64,000 bases of DNA from Candidatus Woesearchaeota archaeon (lineage in GTDB: Archaea; Nanobdellota; Nanobdellia; Woesearchaeales; SKIA01): positions 6,191-70,190 of the forward strand of contig JBJKRI010000008.1 of NCBI GenBank assembly GCA_046704725.1, in the 5' to 3' direction. The notes beneath the pieces were generated by a model that made no database searches, was not told the origin of the DNA, and saw nothing but the letters and a program-made list of their open reading frames with translations. Position numbers and translations under genes: made by a program. This document shows, in pieces, positions 24,401 through 30,342 of the stretch (positions are counted from its first letter, which is position 1; each line of letters starts with the position of its first letter).

Positions 24401-27400
24401 CGAACGGGACGACGGTGACAGTCTCCGCGAACATCACCGACAGCGACGGCATCGACACCGCGTCGGCGGAGCTCTATTATCCGAACGGCACGCTCTGGCA
24501 GAACCTCACGCTCTCCAATACGAGCGATATCTGGTCCAACACCTTCAACTCGCTGAACACCACGTATGGGAGCTACACCGTCACCATCTGGGCGAACGAC
24601 ACATACAACGCCGTCAACGGATCAGAAGGAACGACTTTCTTGACATACGTGAATCTGAGCAATCCAGCCATCATCATCGTGGACGGGTCCACGACGGATT
24701 GGCAGAACCTCTCGTTCGTCACGGACGCGACCCTTGTCGGGAATGGCTATGACATCAAGAACGTGAGCATCGCGCACAGCGCATCCTCCATCTACGCCGT
24801 CGTGAACACCGCCGCGACGCTGGCAGGGCAGTATTACATCTTGCTTGGAACGAACGGGACGGGAGCGTCCACGACGCCGACAGGAGAGACCGCTCCGTTC
24901 CCCATCAGCTACTACGTGCAAGCGAACAGCACAGGCTGTTCAGTGCGTGACCAGAGCGGCACATCGGTGGGCGGCTGCACGCGATCGATCAGCGGCGACA
25001 CGCTCGAGGTCGGCTTCGCACGCAGCCTGGTGGGTGCGAGCCTCAACACCACCATCAACGTCAGCGTGGAATCCGCGAACAGCAGCAGCCAGGATTACGC
25101 TCCTGACCTTCCGAGCTACATTGCATACACGCTCGAATATCCAGTGCTGGACGACGCGACCCTGAACGCAACAGGAACGAATTTCACGACCAGCTCCAAC
25201 CTAACTGCCTATGGAGTCAACGTGTCCGGAGCGACGACCACCATATTCGACTGGCGGAACAGGGGCAGCAGCCTCGCATCATTGTACTTCCCGTTCGACA
25301 CGAACGTGACGAGCAATAGCTCCGGCGCGATAAAGGACTATAGCAACCACGGCAATAACGGATGGCTGGGCGGAGGCACCGCCGGCGATGTCCCGCAATG
25401 GACCTCGAGCGGCGCGAGCGGAGGAGCCTACGTCTTCAACGGAATCAATGACTATATCACCACAACCGCGCAAACGAGCGGTCCCAACGTGTTCAGCCTC
25501 TCGCTCTGGTTCAAGACGAGCCACGCGGGCGGAAAGCTCATCGGCTTCGAGAACACCCAGACAGGCCTCGGGACCTCGTACGACCGTCATATCTACATGG
25601 GCGATACCGGAGTGCTGTATTTCGGGGTCTATCCCGGGAGCGCACAGCTCGTGAACACCACGGCGACCTACGCGGACGGGAACTGGCACTATGTGGTCGC
25701 GCAGATGAACGGCAGCGGCATGTTCTTGTACGTGGACGGGGTGCTCAAAGCCTCCCGATCGGACATCACCTCCGGTCAGAGCTATAGCGGCTATTGGAAG
25801 ATCGGCGGCGGGGCCCTGAACGGCTGGACCTATAAGCCTTCAGACCTGTTCTTCAACGGGACCATAGACGACGTCTCGGTGTATGCACGCGATCTGAGCG
25901 CGCAGCAGGTCGCCGCCCAGTACAATTCCGGCGCGCCACGTCACAACCTTACGGTCAGCCAAGAGCTCACTCCGAACGATCGATGGACCGTGGCCGTGAC
26001 GCCCAACAACGGGGTGCGCGACGGGCCCACAGCGTACACGAACATGCTGCAAGAGTCGGGGCAGACCGTCTGCATCAACGAGACCGGCTACTGCTTCACC
26101 ACGATTCAAGCGGCCGTAGACAACGCGACCGCCGGACAAACGGTCGTCATCACGGACAGCGCCACGTACGACGAGAATGTCACGGTCGGAAAGGATCTCA
26201 CCATCACGAGCAACGGGACGGGGTACCCACTCGTCTACTTCGCGAACGGGACTGCGATCGACGCGGGAACAAACAACGTCACGCTCAAGCGCCTCCACAT
26301 CCGAGTGAACGGGACGGCGAGCGGCATCGAAGCGGTGAAGATGGACTACGGGACCATCCGGAACGTCAAGTTCGACGGGAACATGGGGGCGAACAGCTAC
26401 GGCATCTATTGCGGCGCCCACGACGGGCTCATCAGCCTGACGGACGTGAACTTCACACCCTCGAACGTGACGAGCGCCATGGGCAAGTACTGCAGCTGGA
26501 TCCTGAACCGCGTCACCGTGAACGGCACGGTCACCGCGGACGCGATAGAGAAGAGCCAGGCGTACGATGCGAGCGTGCGGATCAAGAACTCCTACCTCAA
26601 CGCGACGCAGTACGCGGTCTACGGCAAGCCCACCAATTCCAGTATTAGCAACTCTACCTTGTACGCCAGCCAGTACAACGCCGCGGTCCTCGGGGTCAAT
26701 GCGTCCATCACGGAAAGCACCATAGAGTCCTTCGCGAGCACCGCGCTGTATGTGGGCAATAGCAGCAGCATCACGTTCTCCACGATCACCGGCGGTGGCG
26801 GGCATGCATCGATAAACACGAATGGCGAGAGCCATTGGGGCATCACGGTCTCCGACAGCAACCTAACCTATGTGGAGTACAACGACTTCACCTATGCCTA
26901 CAACCAGAACTTCACGTTCATCAACACGACGCTCAGCTCGAGCGGCACCCCCACCGTGCTGATGACCTGCACCGGAGGCGAGTGCTACGCCTATTTCGCG
27001 AACCACTACTCCCTGCACGTCAATGACACAAGCGGCAATGATATCTCGGGGGCGACAGTGACCATACACGACAGCACCGGCAGGCTCATCGGCAGATGGA
27101 CGACGGACGCGAACGGGAACATCCCGAACCAGAACCTCACCGACGCCCTCAAGAAGAACCTCTACGGGACGGCATCTACGGTGTCGTACTCCCCGTACGA
27201 TGTCTACGTGTACAAGAGCGGCTATGCGTCGAGCGAGACGTCCGTGGACATGTCGAGCAACCAGCAGGACACCGTGACCCTCACGCATCAGCTCAGCTGC
27301 ACGATGGTCGCATCGACGTCATGCACGAACGGCACCAAGTACCTGGGCGTGATGAACACGAGCGGCGGCTACGACAATGCGCACGCGCAATTATATCCGG

Positions 27401-30342
27401 ACGGCTGGTGGAACACTAGCTGGGCCTACCGGGAGGAGATCACGTTCGACAACAGCGCGAGCAGCACCAACCTCACGGACTTCCCCGTCATGGTCGTGCT
27501 CAATAGCAGCGACATCAACTACGCGCACGTCGCCACCGGCGGAACGGACCTCCGCTTCGTGGACGGTGACGGATATACGAGCATCCCGTACCAGATCGAG
27601 AAGTGGAACGCGAGCGGGAACAGCTATGTCTGGGTCAAAGTGCCGCAGATAGACGCCGGGAGCACGACGGACCACATCTGGATGTACTACGGGAACTCGA
27701 CAGTCAGTGACGCCCAGAACGCCTCCGCGGTCTGGTCCGACAGCTACGTCGGCGTCTGGCACCTGTCCTCGAACAGCTCGGCGAACGACTCGACGAGCTA
27801 CGGCAACAACGGCGCCGTGATCGGGAGCCCGACGAATACGACGGGAGAGATGGACGGCGCGCTCCACTTCGACGGGAGCGGACAGTACATCGACATCCCC
27901 AACGCGTCATCGCTCAACTTCGTGAACGCGTCGAACTACACCATCGGCGCGTGGGTCTATCCCGAGTGGACGGAGACCGCGAACCCCGACGCGATCGTCC
28001 AGCAACTGGACGGGACGGGCAGCGGACGCACCCACCTGTTCATCGACTTGTCGAACACCTACTGCACGACAGGAGCGACGAAGCAGTACATGACGTATGT
28101 GGGGAACACCGCGACGTGCAGCAACGTCTCGGCCGTGAACAACAGCTGGGCGTACGTGGCAGAGACCGTCGTCGAGAACGGGACGAACGATGTCGTGCGC
28201 TTCTACGTGAACGGCACGCTCGAGAAGACCACGAACGTGAACAGCGAGAGCAACCTCAACGGCTCGTGGCGCATCGGTAGGCACCGCACCTACACGACCT
28301 GGGACTTCGAAGGAAAGATCGACGAGGTCCGGATGTCCGACGTCCGCAGGAGCGGCGACTACATCAAGGCCGAGTATCTCGCCGGAACAGGACAGTTCGC
28401 GACGGTGGGATCGGAACAAGTGCCGTCGGACGGCATCACCTACAACAACAGCCTGTGCTGCTCTACGGACCAGAACGGCACGCTCGGCACGAGCTGCTCG
28501 AGCGGGGACCAGTTCCTCTCGCTCTATTCGACGGACAACTCCCACGTGCAGGAGACGAGCGTCGGCACATACACCGTGCCCGTCTGCATGAGCTTCTCGG
28601 CGGGTACGGTGAGCTGCAGCTACCAGACCGGCTCGTGCTCGCAGAATAGCAACTGCGTCCTTTCCATGGCCTCGGCGGACAACAGCCACATCGGCGCGTG
28701 CGGAGAATACAACATCAACGTGTGCTGCACCCTGCCGCCGACACTCACGAGCCTCTTGCTGAACGCTACCTCGACGCGGAACTGGACGACAGACGACTTC
28801 AACCTCTGGCCGCAGGGAGCGCAGGGGTACAGGACGATCATCTACGACTGGTATCTCAACGGCACGCCGTTCGCAATGCTCGACCTGTCGTTCGACACGA
28901 ATGTGAGCGTCGCGACGACCGGTGCGATCAAGGACTACAGCGGTAACGGCCACAACGCGACGCTCGGCGGAGGGACCGTGGCCCGGATGCCCACCTGGAA
29001 TGCGAGCGGCGCATCAGGAGGGGCATATCATTTCACGAACGGGACGTACATCGATGTGGGCGCCGTGGGCAACTACTCCCGCACCATCGTCTTCTGGCTC
29101 CACCCGGACACCGCAATCACCGCGACCTCTCCCACACGGCAACTGATCGAGCTCGGAAAACACGTCGCTGACGACTTGGGAGTCCTCATGGGAAGCTCGA
29201 CGAGCGCGCTCTCGAACGAGATTATCGAGGTGCGCAGCAGCGCAGGAAAGAGCGGTTGGTGCTCGAGCTCCGGCAGTATCTCGGCGGCCTGGCACCAGTT
29301 CGTCGCGGTGTGGAACGGTACGCGGTACGAGATATACGTGGATGGTGTGCGCAAGGACAATTGCTACCAGGGCACGTCGAGCATCATCAACGCGACCGAC
29401 GTCTGGGTCGGGAACTGGCAAAGCGCGCTGAGCAGCGCCTCTAGCGGATTCAACGGTTCCATCGATGACGTACAACTGTTCAACCGATCACTGTCCGCAT
29501 CGCAGATACAGAGCATGTACCACAGCGGCACACCATACATGCAGACGATGAAGAGCACCGAGCTCAGCGTGAACGACACGTGGTACGCGACAGGGACGCC
29601 GAACAATGGCTTCACTGACGGTCCGACGGTGACGAGCAACAGCATCACCATCGTTAACAACGCGCCGAACACGCCGACGTTGATGGAACCCGGGAACAAC
29701 ACGACAGTAACCACTGCGACACCGTACTTCAACTGGACCAACAGCACTGACCCCAACGGTGATGCGGTCCACTACGAGATCAATATCACAGCCCCATCGG
29801 GCTGCGCAGCGCTTCCCGTGCGCAACGTCACGCCGAGTGAATACACGAGCGTGGACACATTGTGCACGGACAAGTCCTACTACTGGTCGGTGCGGGCCTG
29901 CGACAACCTCCAGTACTGTAGCCCGTGGACGCCGGAATGGAACTTCACGGTGACGAGCGTGGTGAGCATCGACTTTGTCACCAACAACACGGACTTCGGA
30001 CAGATGGCGCCATCCACTGCTAGCGTCAACAATACTAACAGCACGCTCGACAACAGTCCCCTGCCGCTTGAGGTCAACAACACTGGGACGGTCGCGGTGA
30101 ACCTCACCATCAAGGCGCTCGGAGCGCTCTGGACGAACGAAGGCCTCAACACGACTTACTTCGAGTACGCGGACGAGAACAGCAGCGACTGGCAGAACGT
30201 CACGCTCAACTACACGAACCTGACGACGAACCTGAGCGTCGCGCACACGCGGCAGATCGAGATTAACATCACGGTCCCCGTGAACGAGCCGAACGGCGCG
30301 AAGCAGAGCACCCTAGAGGTGCTCGCAGGAGCGGCGCAATGA
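9406..30342 (+). CDS. Giant (6,978 aa) surface adhesin: Ig-like domains, 4 LamG/ConA domains, beta-propeller, repeated right-handed beta-helix (NosD/CASH-like) units, DUF2341-like domain, Cys-rich NxH repeats, FN3, C-terminal pilin/WxL-like domain
   Basis: Single uninterrupted 20.9-kb ORF with an N-terminal hydrophobic anchor (start at 9406 or 9418; TTTAAA at ~9384). AFDGxNMWV propeller blades, F.G.IDDV.(L/V)(F/Y)(N/A)R.LSA.QI LamG ends, WWNTSWAYREEITF...DLRF DUF2341 pattern, and very dense N-x-S/T sequons. Confidence 0.85.
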   Translation: MRSGMGERRLLLGGAVGLLFAVVILVLLSGFHCTAGTHTCTFSGMQQATPQERSALSHRLHLPVSSYTIDPLTNASTATLTDGGNTVTLEDIPAGAEPYVHFSHNDPAVRSEVINGVRAHRQAATISLRANGPIQSIGQCENFDEELEKCDGVWKATTIPFTQKGDVISFHVDGFSAYAGLSKQGPSYVGAQSASPVVTLISPTDGLNTTDGNTTFESNVTDDYYVENATLYTNKTGTWSPHETRWNGEIPYNDSGLLVLLHLNNESFVGENSTHVYDWSGNGNNGTVDGNTALNASGEFGNAYTFYGGGADHIAMPDGMLDSLSKGTVSFWFHPGGTSHSYQDIFGTHGSSGGAIELAYMPGSGQTIWENGGTGGCTGTPISQSWSISNPNKWHMYTFAVNGSGTKIYLDGSLVYSNASLTCFYSNFSQSATTYYSLGCGATTTPTCYSPEVYEGSLDEFSIWNRRLNSSQIAALYNYTKTSLSPAFQNVSLTPGNYSWNVRAEDNDTNIAWAANRTLKIRAPPTYTPGVTLLSPAGRNFTLDRTLTFTANAQSNSTLRYAQLYVWNSTGGTAVNGNIWAGSDSAGGLGKTYPDGTEVNYTAVAAADGDGVAFDGTYIWSTQEENGDVSRTALNGSTTMYPTILYADHHMLAVGSGTVWATNPTHDAVTKIYPNGSTVNYTVPGQPGDIASDGTDMWVTFPANDSVAKITPSGTVTMYNGTGSEPFAIAFDGTNMWVACYGDQIITKVAPNGTMTNYSGSGYKNTNGDLPGAMAFDGTNMWTANGLGHSVTRIAPNGSMTNYSLGTRRAQGIAFDGANMWVADDGSSTVTRILPNGSYTDFPTTLHPETVTFDGAPLAPLYHYNLLSGNTENTSFNYTFTKGGTYTWNVKMCDQNGICEWGTNRTIAVDPLKTIAFVQEAGNTLYASSNLSSQTFTSDVTPGDTIIAIVSWDPSGGGSQSLNITDDQGDTFQQASASPQVNQSAFSQTATLFYALNATGGPTNVTATFGAQRYFRSLTILEYANVSTTNAEDDSVSTAKTTGVVNPGTLNPTQEGDVVVAMGVAGNNTFTHREGFTLRRHDSTDELDVIDSIHNTSSPIQSYWTTPNSSYAAIAGAFKAQSFTSIATQTCAPEWFQSLRVTGVLTCENTTISATSLDITSGGRLILRNATLITGQSTIDGSLTVHNSKNSVWQNSNLTINGNYTLDNSTLHLNVSTSGAFGITVNTSGHLILANNSNITNGGGSASSYIVVNGTLTATDSVLEHLGTNSIAGITGNGTYSFERANISGSMDANGKLNFLDSTLNTTLNTAMKLESGSDGSVINNSNVQGAITVLSLLTSNTNITNSRFYGLVGWNTGSNPNIKFDHNNLTVTGNGGMRSYSGSGRTMTNVRIDVIAGNTGVRTGFQTDDLENFTIVGEGNGVGPGTMTGANWTNFVVNMTGTNDPVNFGGCTGCTLKNWTVIGNASGHALITGTGVTDTRLDDLKLEMHAANMVGLNVTDTENVTIENGSITSNSTGATGINFVEQSTNHSSYTLVNTTFLSLDQSGCSAATNCTATVEWFARANVTDNQGADVYGASVNITNVTGSLVSSTTTDMSGLSPYEAVIAYTLHNGVESTQNNHTVSASKSGYSGSTSVNVTGTTTANLTITQPETVCVNETGVCWTTIQGAIDNATSGQTVVITDNRTYNENLSTSVPLTITSNGTEMPMISDQDATAIQGNNLTIDRVRINVTGSAANIYGIQGSNNTVRNTVLYVNTSGSGVAAISGPSGLIDINHTNITLAGTVNGVVVGSYGKNGSLRIDHTRITGSTVYFLGLYFQDDVDLRNTFINGTGRGVRRSTNGNTLMRNMTILTNGNAISAGSNSGPLTVWNSLLNASGGNDAAWVSNSTNIYNSILDGGLSIKTYGKNAGQGIRVVNSTLYSGVIIEPGSDGTIFNFTIVNSSTASIGIMNHNWTVGSAVTMQKYLQVHINDTAGISLSGASISVADIYGNTRGTYSTGPTGWIAEQNITYKTYTSNGTAINNVTYDNHTITASKPGYFSNSTSVNMSSNQDVNLTLYPQSCGTLTSSLTLGRNLSVNGSTCLTITQPGITLDCNGYGIIGNQASGTYGILVQGVTGVTLKDCNVSYFDYGIYLNNTNSSLIQNVSEYNSNHDGLELNDANNNTVIGGHFVENSAATGSNRIYLTGNSRNNVIANVTPYAHTNGNLLRVDSGSSANAFENATLNSGYAGLQFNEPNISFDNASTYKSGPIYWYSKGNFKTANRCPASFGNKTAGILYMSGCNGAQIQNVTFNASCDIYGLWIDSMANATITNINVSDSCFGLARNIQLNSAQNTTMANVADSGGSLYIGSGTSSSYFKNLSLNSISLTSSNNVFNNITLSGNGANQNVYISSGYSASAVFANSTFSQQYAPLQLGRSYDNITLTNVSLNKSKFGSYSNTGITYAGWYLTTFVEDTHGFPIPGFTVTAKNSSGGVVGTGVTGSNGRAMIPLTQYTWNDSNITYAGNYSISVSKTNFTTETQSVNMTNNTQLNFTYTGHVCVNETGVCFGTVQPAIDNATAGQTVVITDNGTYAETVNISKNLTLASNGTGLPTILGDDVSAVNFEGPATAILVRRLNISLEGSAANIHAIDVNTNQALNLTDVDIWLNVTRSGAYAIRHGGTPANSYFDHLNITAVNATWMFGGWDSGTGGIFINNSRFVGHSGIAVSAYVIGGMYNTYANVTSYGFGTHLAPHANITNVTIYSLSGSLALGDYDTVIDAYLSASSGSALALGNWTYARNLTLVAPGHHAIYSVTGYMPVVADTNVVSGDLYINSYQTNHTPQNITLVNTSITPSLVVADFCDANEICAGYLQNYLHVHVNTSEPVTKHIGIDNQSSTIFSLKNSSTVSISTRDANDVIVVLAAAENASALGSTTPNVSSISDTANLTWLRRSNVTVSNVDGEVWYAIAPNVLNNDSINVTFNISGTVDDASLLVIAVANASTTSPWDSDTSLPAINTSTTVSIPNVSGVSTSNANDMLLGFHFSGGASGSAVSHQYAGSGFTLINDSTNYNGYNSVAASAENKTVNTTQSNISVSFGNTSASGTRWIMVADALRQAPAASSISGAAVTVTDNAGTVTQTNTTDSNGDIQRQNVTYYYGGQVLGTTVRDYYDNHTITASKAGYFSNSTRVNMSSNQYVNLTLRPQACGPMTTSLTLDANLSANGSTCLTITQPGVTLDCNGYSIIGNETANTYGVLAQNVSGVTVKNCQFHNWGEAIYANYTNDSYFTNDSVGENIGSFPTYYENGVYFYASHGNVLSGGNFTYSGSQSYYSRIILTGNSTNNTVANTTLYTTSGRRTVNIGSNSEQNRFENVSLEGNDEYNIGNTNNSFDNASTHDGAPILYYSKGNFEPANQCPATLHDTYAGLLFMDGCDNVQVNNITINGTAEYVGVELRNLNNGTFTNINETGMAYLTASGFYLSSGVTNSTFKNITMNKGAFSFDYSDNNLVQGLTSSVLGYTAAQGNIVTNGTFSSTNWIVYATSTPTENIVANSTFNPAAQPLYVNSNYGNYTFTNVSLNKSQFGTYTRTGITYVGWYMIAQVNDTHGYPIPGFTVTAKNSTGGTVGVGKTNAAGQAWIPLTQYSWNNSVISYQGNYSVSVSKSAFSTQTQSVNMTSNKQLNFTFQGHVCVNETGVCFGSIQAAINNATAGQTVVITDNGTYNENITIPASLTLTSNGTGWPTIDVTGATAIQLGTGSYVNISKLNVNDSGSASAISAIRSQRFGRVHLTDLNIYVNLTGSGATGGIVESSNTGSFSTSIISKVNISGAAAAGFDTENTGGGSHRGNISDVRVDGDFTYGIYSAYNNNLTLNRVSVNITGSGNGLFKASSRINNSNITVTSGHGIYLDFGVVNNTRVTTTTGTAIQAPQSNDNITVLNSIINSSSVGILLGAYWNGATYVQYLAVNNTQFFANPAIQFWEDGHGNISQYATITNSTQNGSGLQTEDIAIAGLGSSVPYVHASLQNPLDATVDNGSSSPIGGATVSATNLLGSHVFSKSTSVSGTISTQDVPYLLVVYNSSRTNTTLTNHTITASKPGYFSNSTSVNMSANRNVVLTLSQQSCGQMTTDLTLNNSLSIDGATCLTITQPGVTLDCNGYNITGNDTGGTSGVLVQGVNDVTIKNCNVTGFYNSVYLNNSNQSTVQNVTTNSYSYYGVFFNASHENTIRNSSLAGGASQPSARVYLAGNSTNNTFANDSMSATDGMKWAWINSGSKWNSFENDTFTGSSGYFNINEQNNSFDNKSTVNGGYLYYFTDGNFNPANVCPPAFMNMNAGFVYMYGCSNVLIRNITLNSSPTYRGLWILNEQNVNISRITVTDPYSFDSPVFSVTGTGGNFTDSDGGVGYLSVSASHMRFDGLNVSEIAAGEVDNDRFNQFRISGGTNAIIALYSNFTLTNSTIAQNMKTVVPSYGGYGEINLTNVSLNQSQFGSYNKPGITNVGWYLIAQVNDTHGYPISGFTVTAKNSTGGTVGTATTGTNGQAWIPLTQYTWNNSNIAYKGNYTIYATKSGFDNGSATVNMTNNTQLNFTFKGHVCVNETGYCFGTIQNAINNATAGQTVVITDNGTYTESFTIAKDLTLTSNGTGVPTISSHDATLAHLGAYGGSYITLRRLNLSIDGSASGLRVISFDNTPVVNLTDVSIWVNDSANDASALYINGAMGGGSYFNNLNVTYASGGNMWSGYGTAGTIYINHSRWIGPVGHVWGAVQIASMENTFMNVTTGSAWGFANGFKTGANLTNLTLYGKNDVIQLGDYNTLTDSYINATSGHGLYPKNHDYIQNVTADGTSYGIDAYQGANQTVIADSRIYNGLLIDSYGSNQPPTNITFVNTTLPPSQIRTNLCGANEICAAYLQNYLQVQVSESGGSGIQGATVSVTDNASRTVATATTNASGDIQKQNITYYYGGLVLGTTENNYYDNHTITVSKPGYYSNSTTVNMSSNQNLVITLSVNRPPVVKQLSVTPNPAANGTTVTVSANITDSDGIDTASAELYYPNGTLWQNLTLSNTSDIWSNTFNSLNTTYGSYTVTIWANDTYNAVNGSEGTTFLTYVNLSNPAIIIVDGSTTDWQNLSFVTDATLVGNGYDIKNVSIAHSASSIYAVVNTAATLAGQYYILLGTNGTGASTTPTGETAPFPISYYVQANSTGCSVRDQSGTSVGGCTRSISGDTLEVGFARSLVGASLNTTINVSVESANSSSQDYAPDLPSYIAYTLEYPVLDDATLNATGTNFTTSSNLTAYGVNVSGATTTIFDWRNRGSSLASLYFPFDTNVTSNSSGAIKDYSNHGNNGWLGGGTAGDVPQWTSSGASGGAYVFNGINDYITTTAQTSGPNVFSLSLWFKTSHAGGKLIGFENTQTGLGTSYDRHIYMGDTGVLYFGVYPGSAQLVNTTATYADGNWHYVVAQMNGSGMFLYVDGVLKASRSDITSGQSYSGYWKIGGGALNGWTYKPSDLFFNGTIDDVSVYARDLSAQQVAAQYNSGAPRHNLTVSQELTPNDRWTVAVTPNNGVRDGPTAYTNMLQESGQTVCINETGYCFTTIQAAVDNATAGQTVVITDSATYDENVTVGKDLTITSNGTGYPLVYFANGTAIDAGTNNVTLKRLHIRVNGTASGIEAVKMDYGTIRNVKFDGNMGANSYGIYCGAHDGLISLTDVNFTPSNVTSAMGKYCSWILNRVTVNGTVTADAIEKSQAYDASVRIKNSYLNATQYAVYGKPTNSSISNSTLYASQYNAAVLGVNASITESTIESFASTALYVGNSSSITFSTITGGGGHASINTNGESHWGITVSDSNLTYVEYNDFTYAYNQNFTFINTTLSSSGTPTVLMTCTGGECYAYFANHYSLHVNDTSGNDISGATVTIHDSTGRLIGRWTTDANGNIPNQNLTDALKKNLYGTASTVSYSPYDVYVYKSGYASSETSVDMSSNQQDTVTLTHQLSCTMVASTSCTNGTKYLGVMNTSGGYDNAHAQLYPDGWWNTSWAYREEITFDNSASSTNLTDFPVMVVLNSSDINYAHVATGGTDLRFVDGDGYTSIPYQIEKWNASGNSYVWVKVPQIDAGSTTDHIWMYYGNSTVSDAQNASAVWSDSYVGVWHLSSNSSANDSTSYGNNGAVIGSPTNTTGEMDGALHFDGSGQYIDIPNASSLNFVNASNYTIGAWVYPEWTETANPDAIVQQLDGTGSGRTHLFIDLSNTYCTTGATKQYMTYVGNTATCSNVSAVNNSWAYVAETVVENGTNDVVRFYVNGTLEKTTNVNSESNLNGSWRIGRHRTYTTWDFEGKIDEVRMSDVRRSGDYIKAEYLAGTGQFATVGSEQVPSDGITYNNSLCCSTDQNGTLGTSCSSGDQFLSLYSTDNSHVQETSVGTYTVPVCMSFSAGTVSCSYQTGSCSQNSNCVLSMASADNSHIGACGEYNINVCCTLPPTLTSLLLNATSTRNWTTDDFNLWPQGAQGYRTIIYDWYLNGTPFAMLDLSFDTNVSVATTGAIKDYSGNGHNATLGGGTVARMPTWNASGASGGAYHFTNGTYIDVGAVGNYSRTIVFWLHPDTAITATSPTRQLIELGKHVADDLGVLMGSSTSALSNEIIEVRSSAGKSGWCSSSGSISAAWHQFVAVWNGTRYEIYVDGVRKDNCYQGTSSIINATDVWVGNWQSALSSASSGFNGSIDDVQLFNRSLSASQIQSMYHSGTPYMQTMKSTELSVNDTWYATGTPNNGFTDGPTVTSNSITIVNNAPNTPTLMEPGNNTTVTTATPYFNWTNSTDPNGDAVHYEINITAPSGCAALPVRNVTPSEYTSVDTLCTDKSYYWSVRACDNLQYCSPWTPEWNFTVTSVVSIDFVTNNTDFGQMAPSTASVNNTNSTLDNSPLPLEVNNTGTVAVNLTIKALGALWTNEGLNTTYFEYADENSSDWQNVTLNYTNLTTNLSVAHTRQIEINITVPVNEPNGAKQSTLEVLAGAAQ
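14368..26170 (+). repeat. Internal repeat framework of the giant gene: five VC(V/I)NETG.C...Q.A(I/V).NAT.GQTVVITD blocks at 14368, 17020, 20404, 23110, 26068; NHTIT.SK.GY blocks at 15490, 18862, 21601, 24256
   Basis: Read from translation and DNA. 44 nt are identical between 20452..20495 and 23158..23201. Confidence 0.85.

Noticed and set aside
603-30342. Diversity-generating retroelement acting on the surface genes
   Set aside because: No reverse transcriptase in the window, and differences between repeat copies are not confined to adenines. A remote DGR cannot be excluded.
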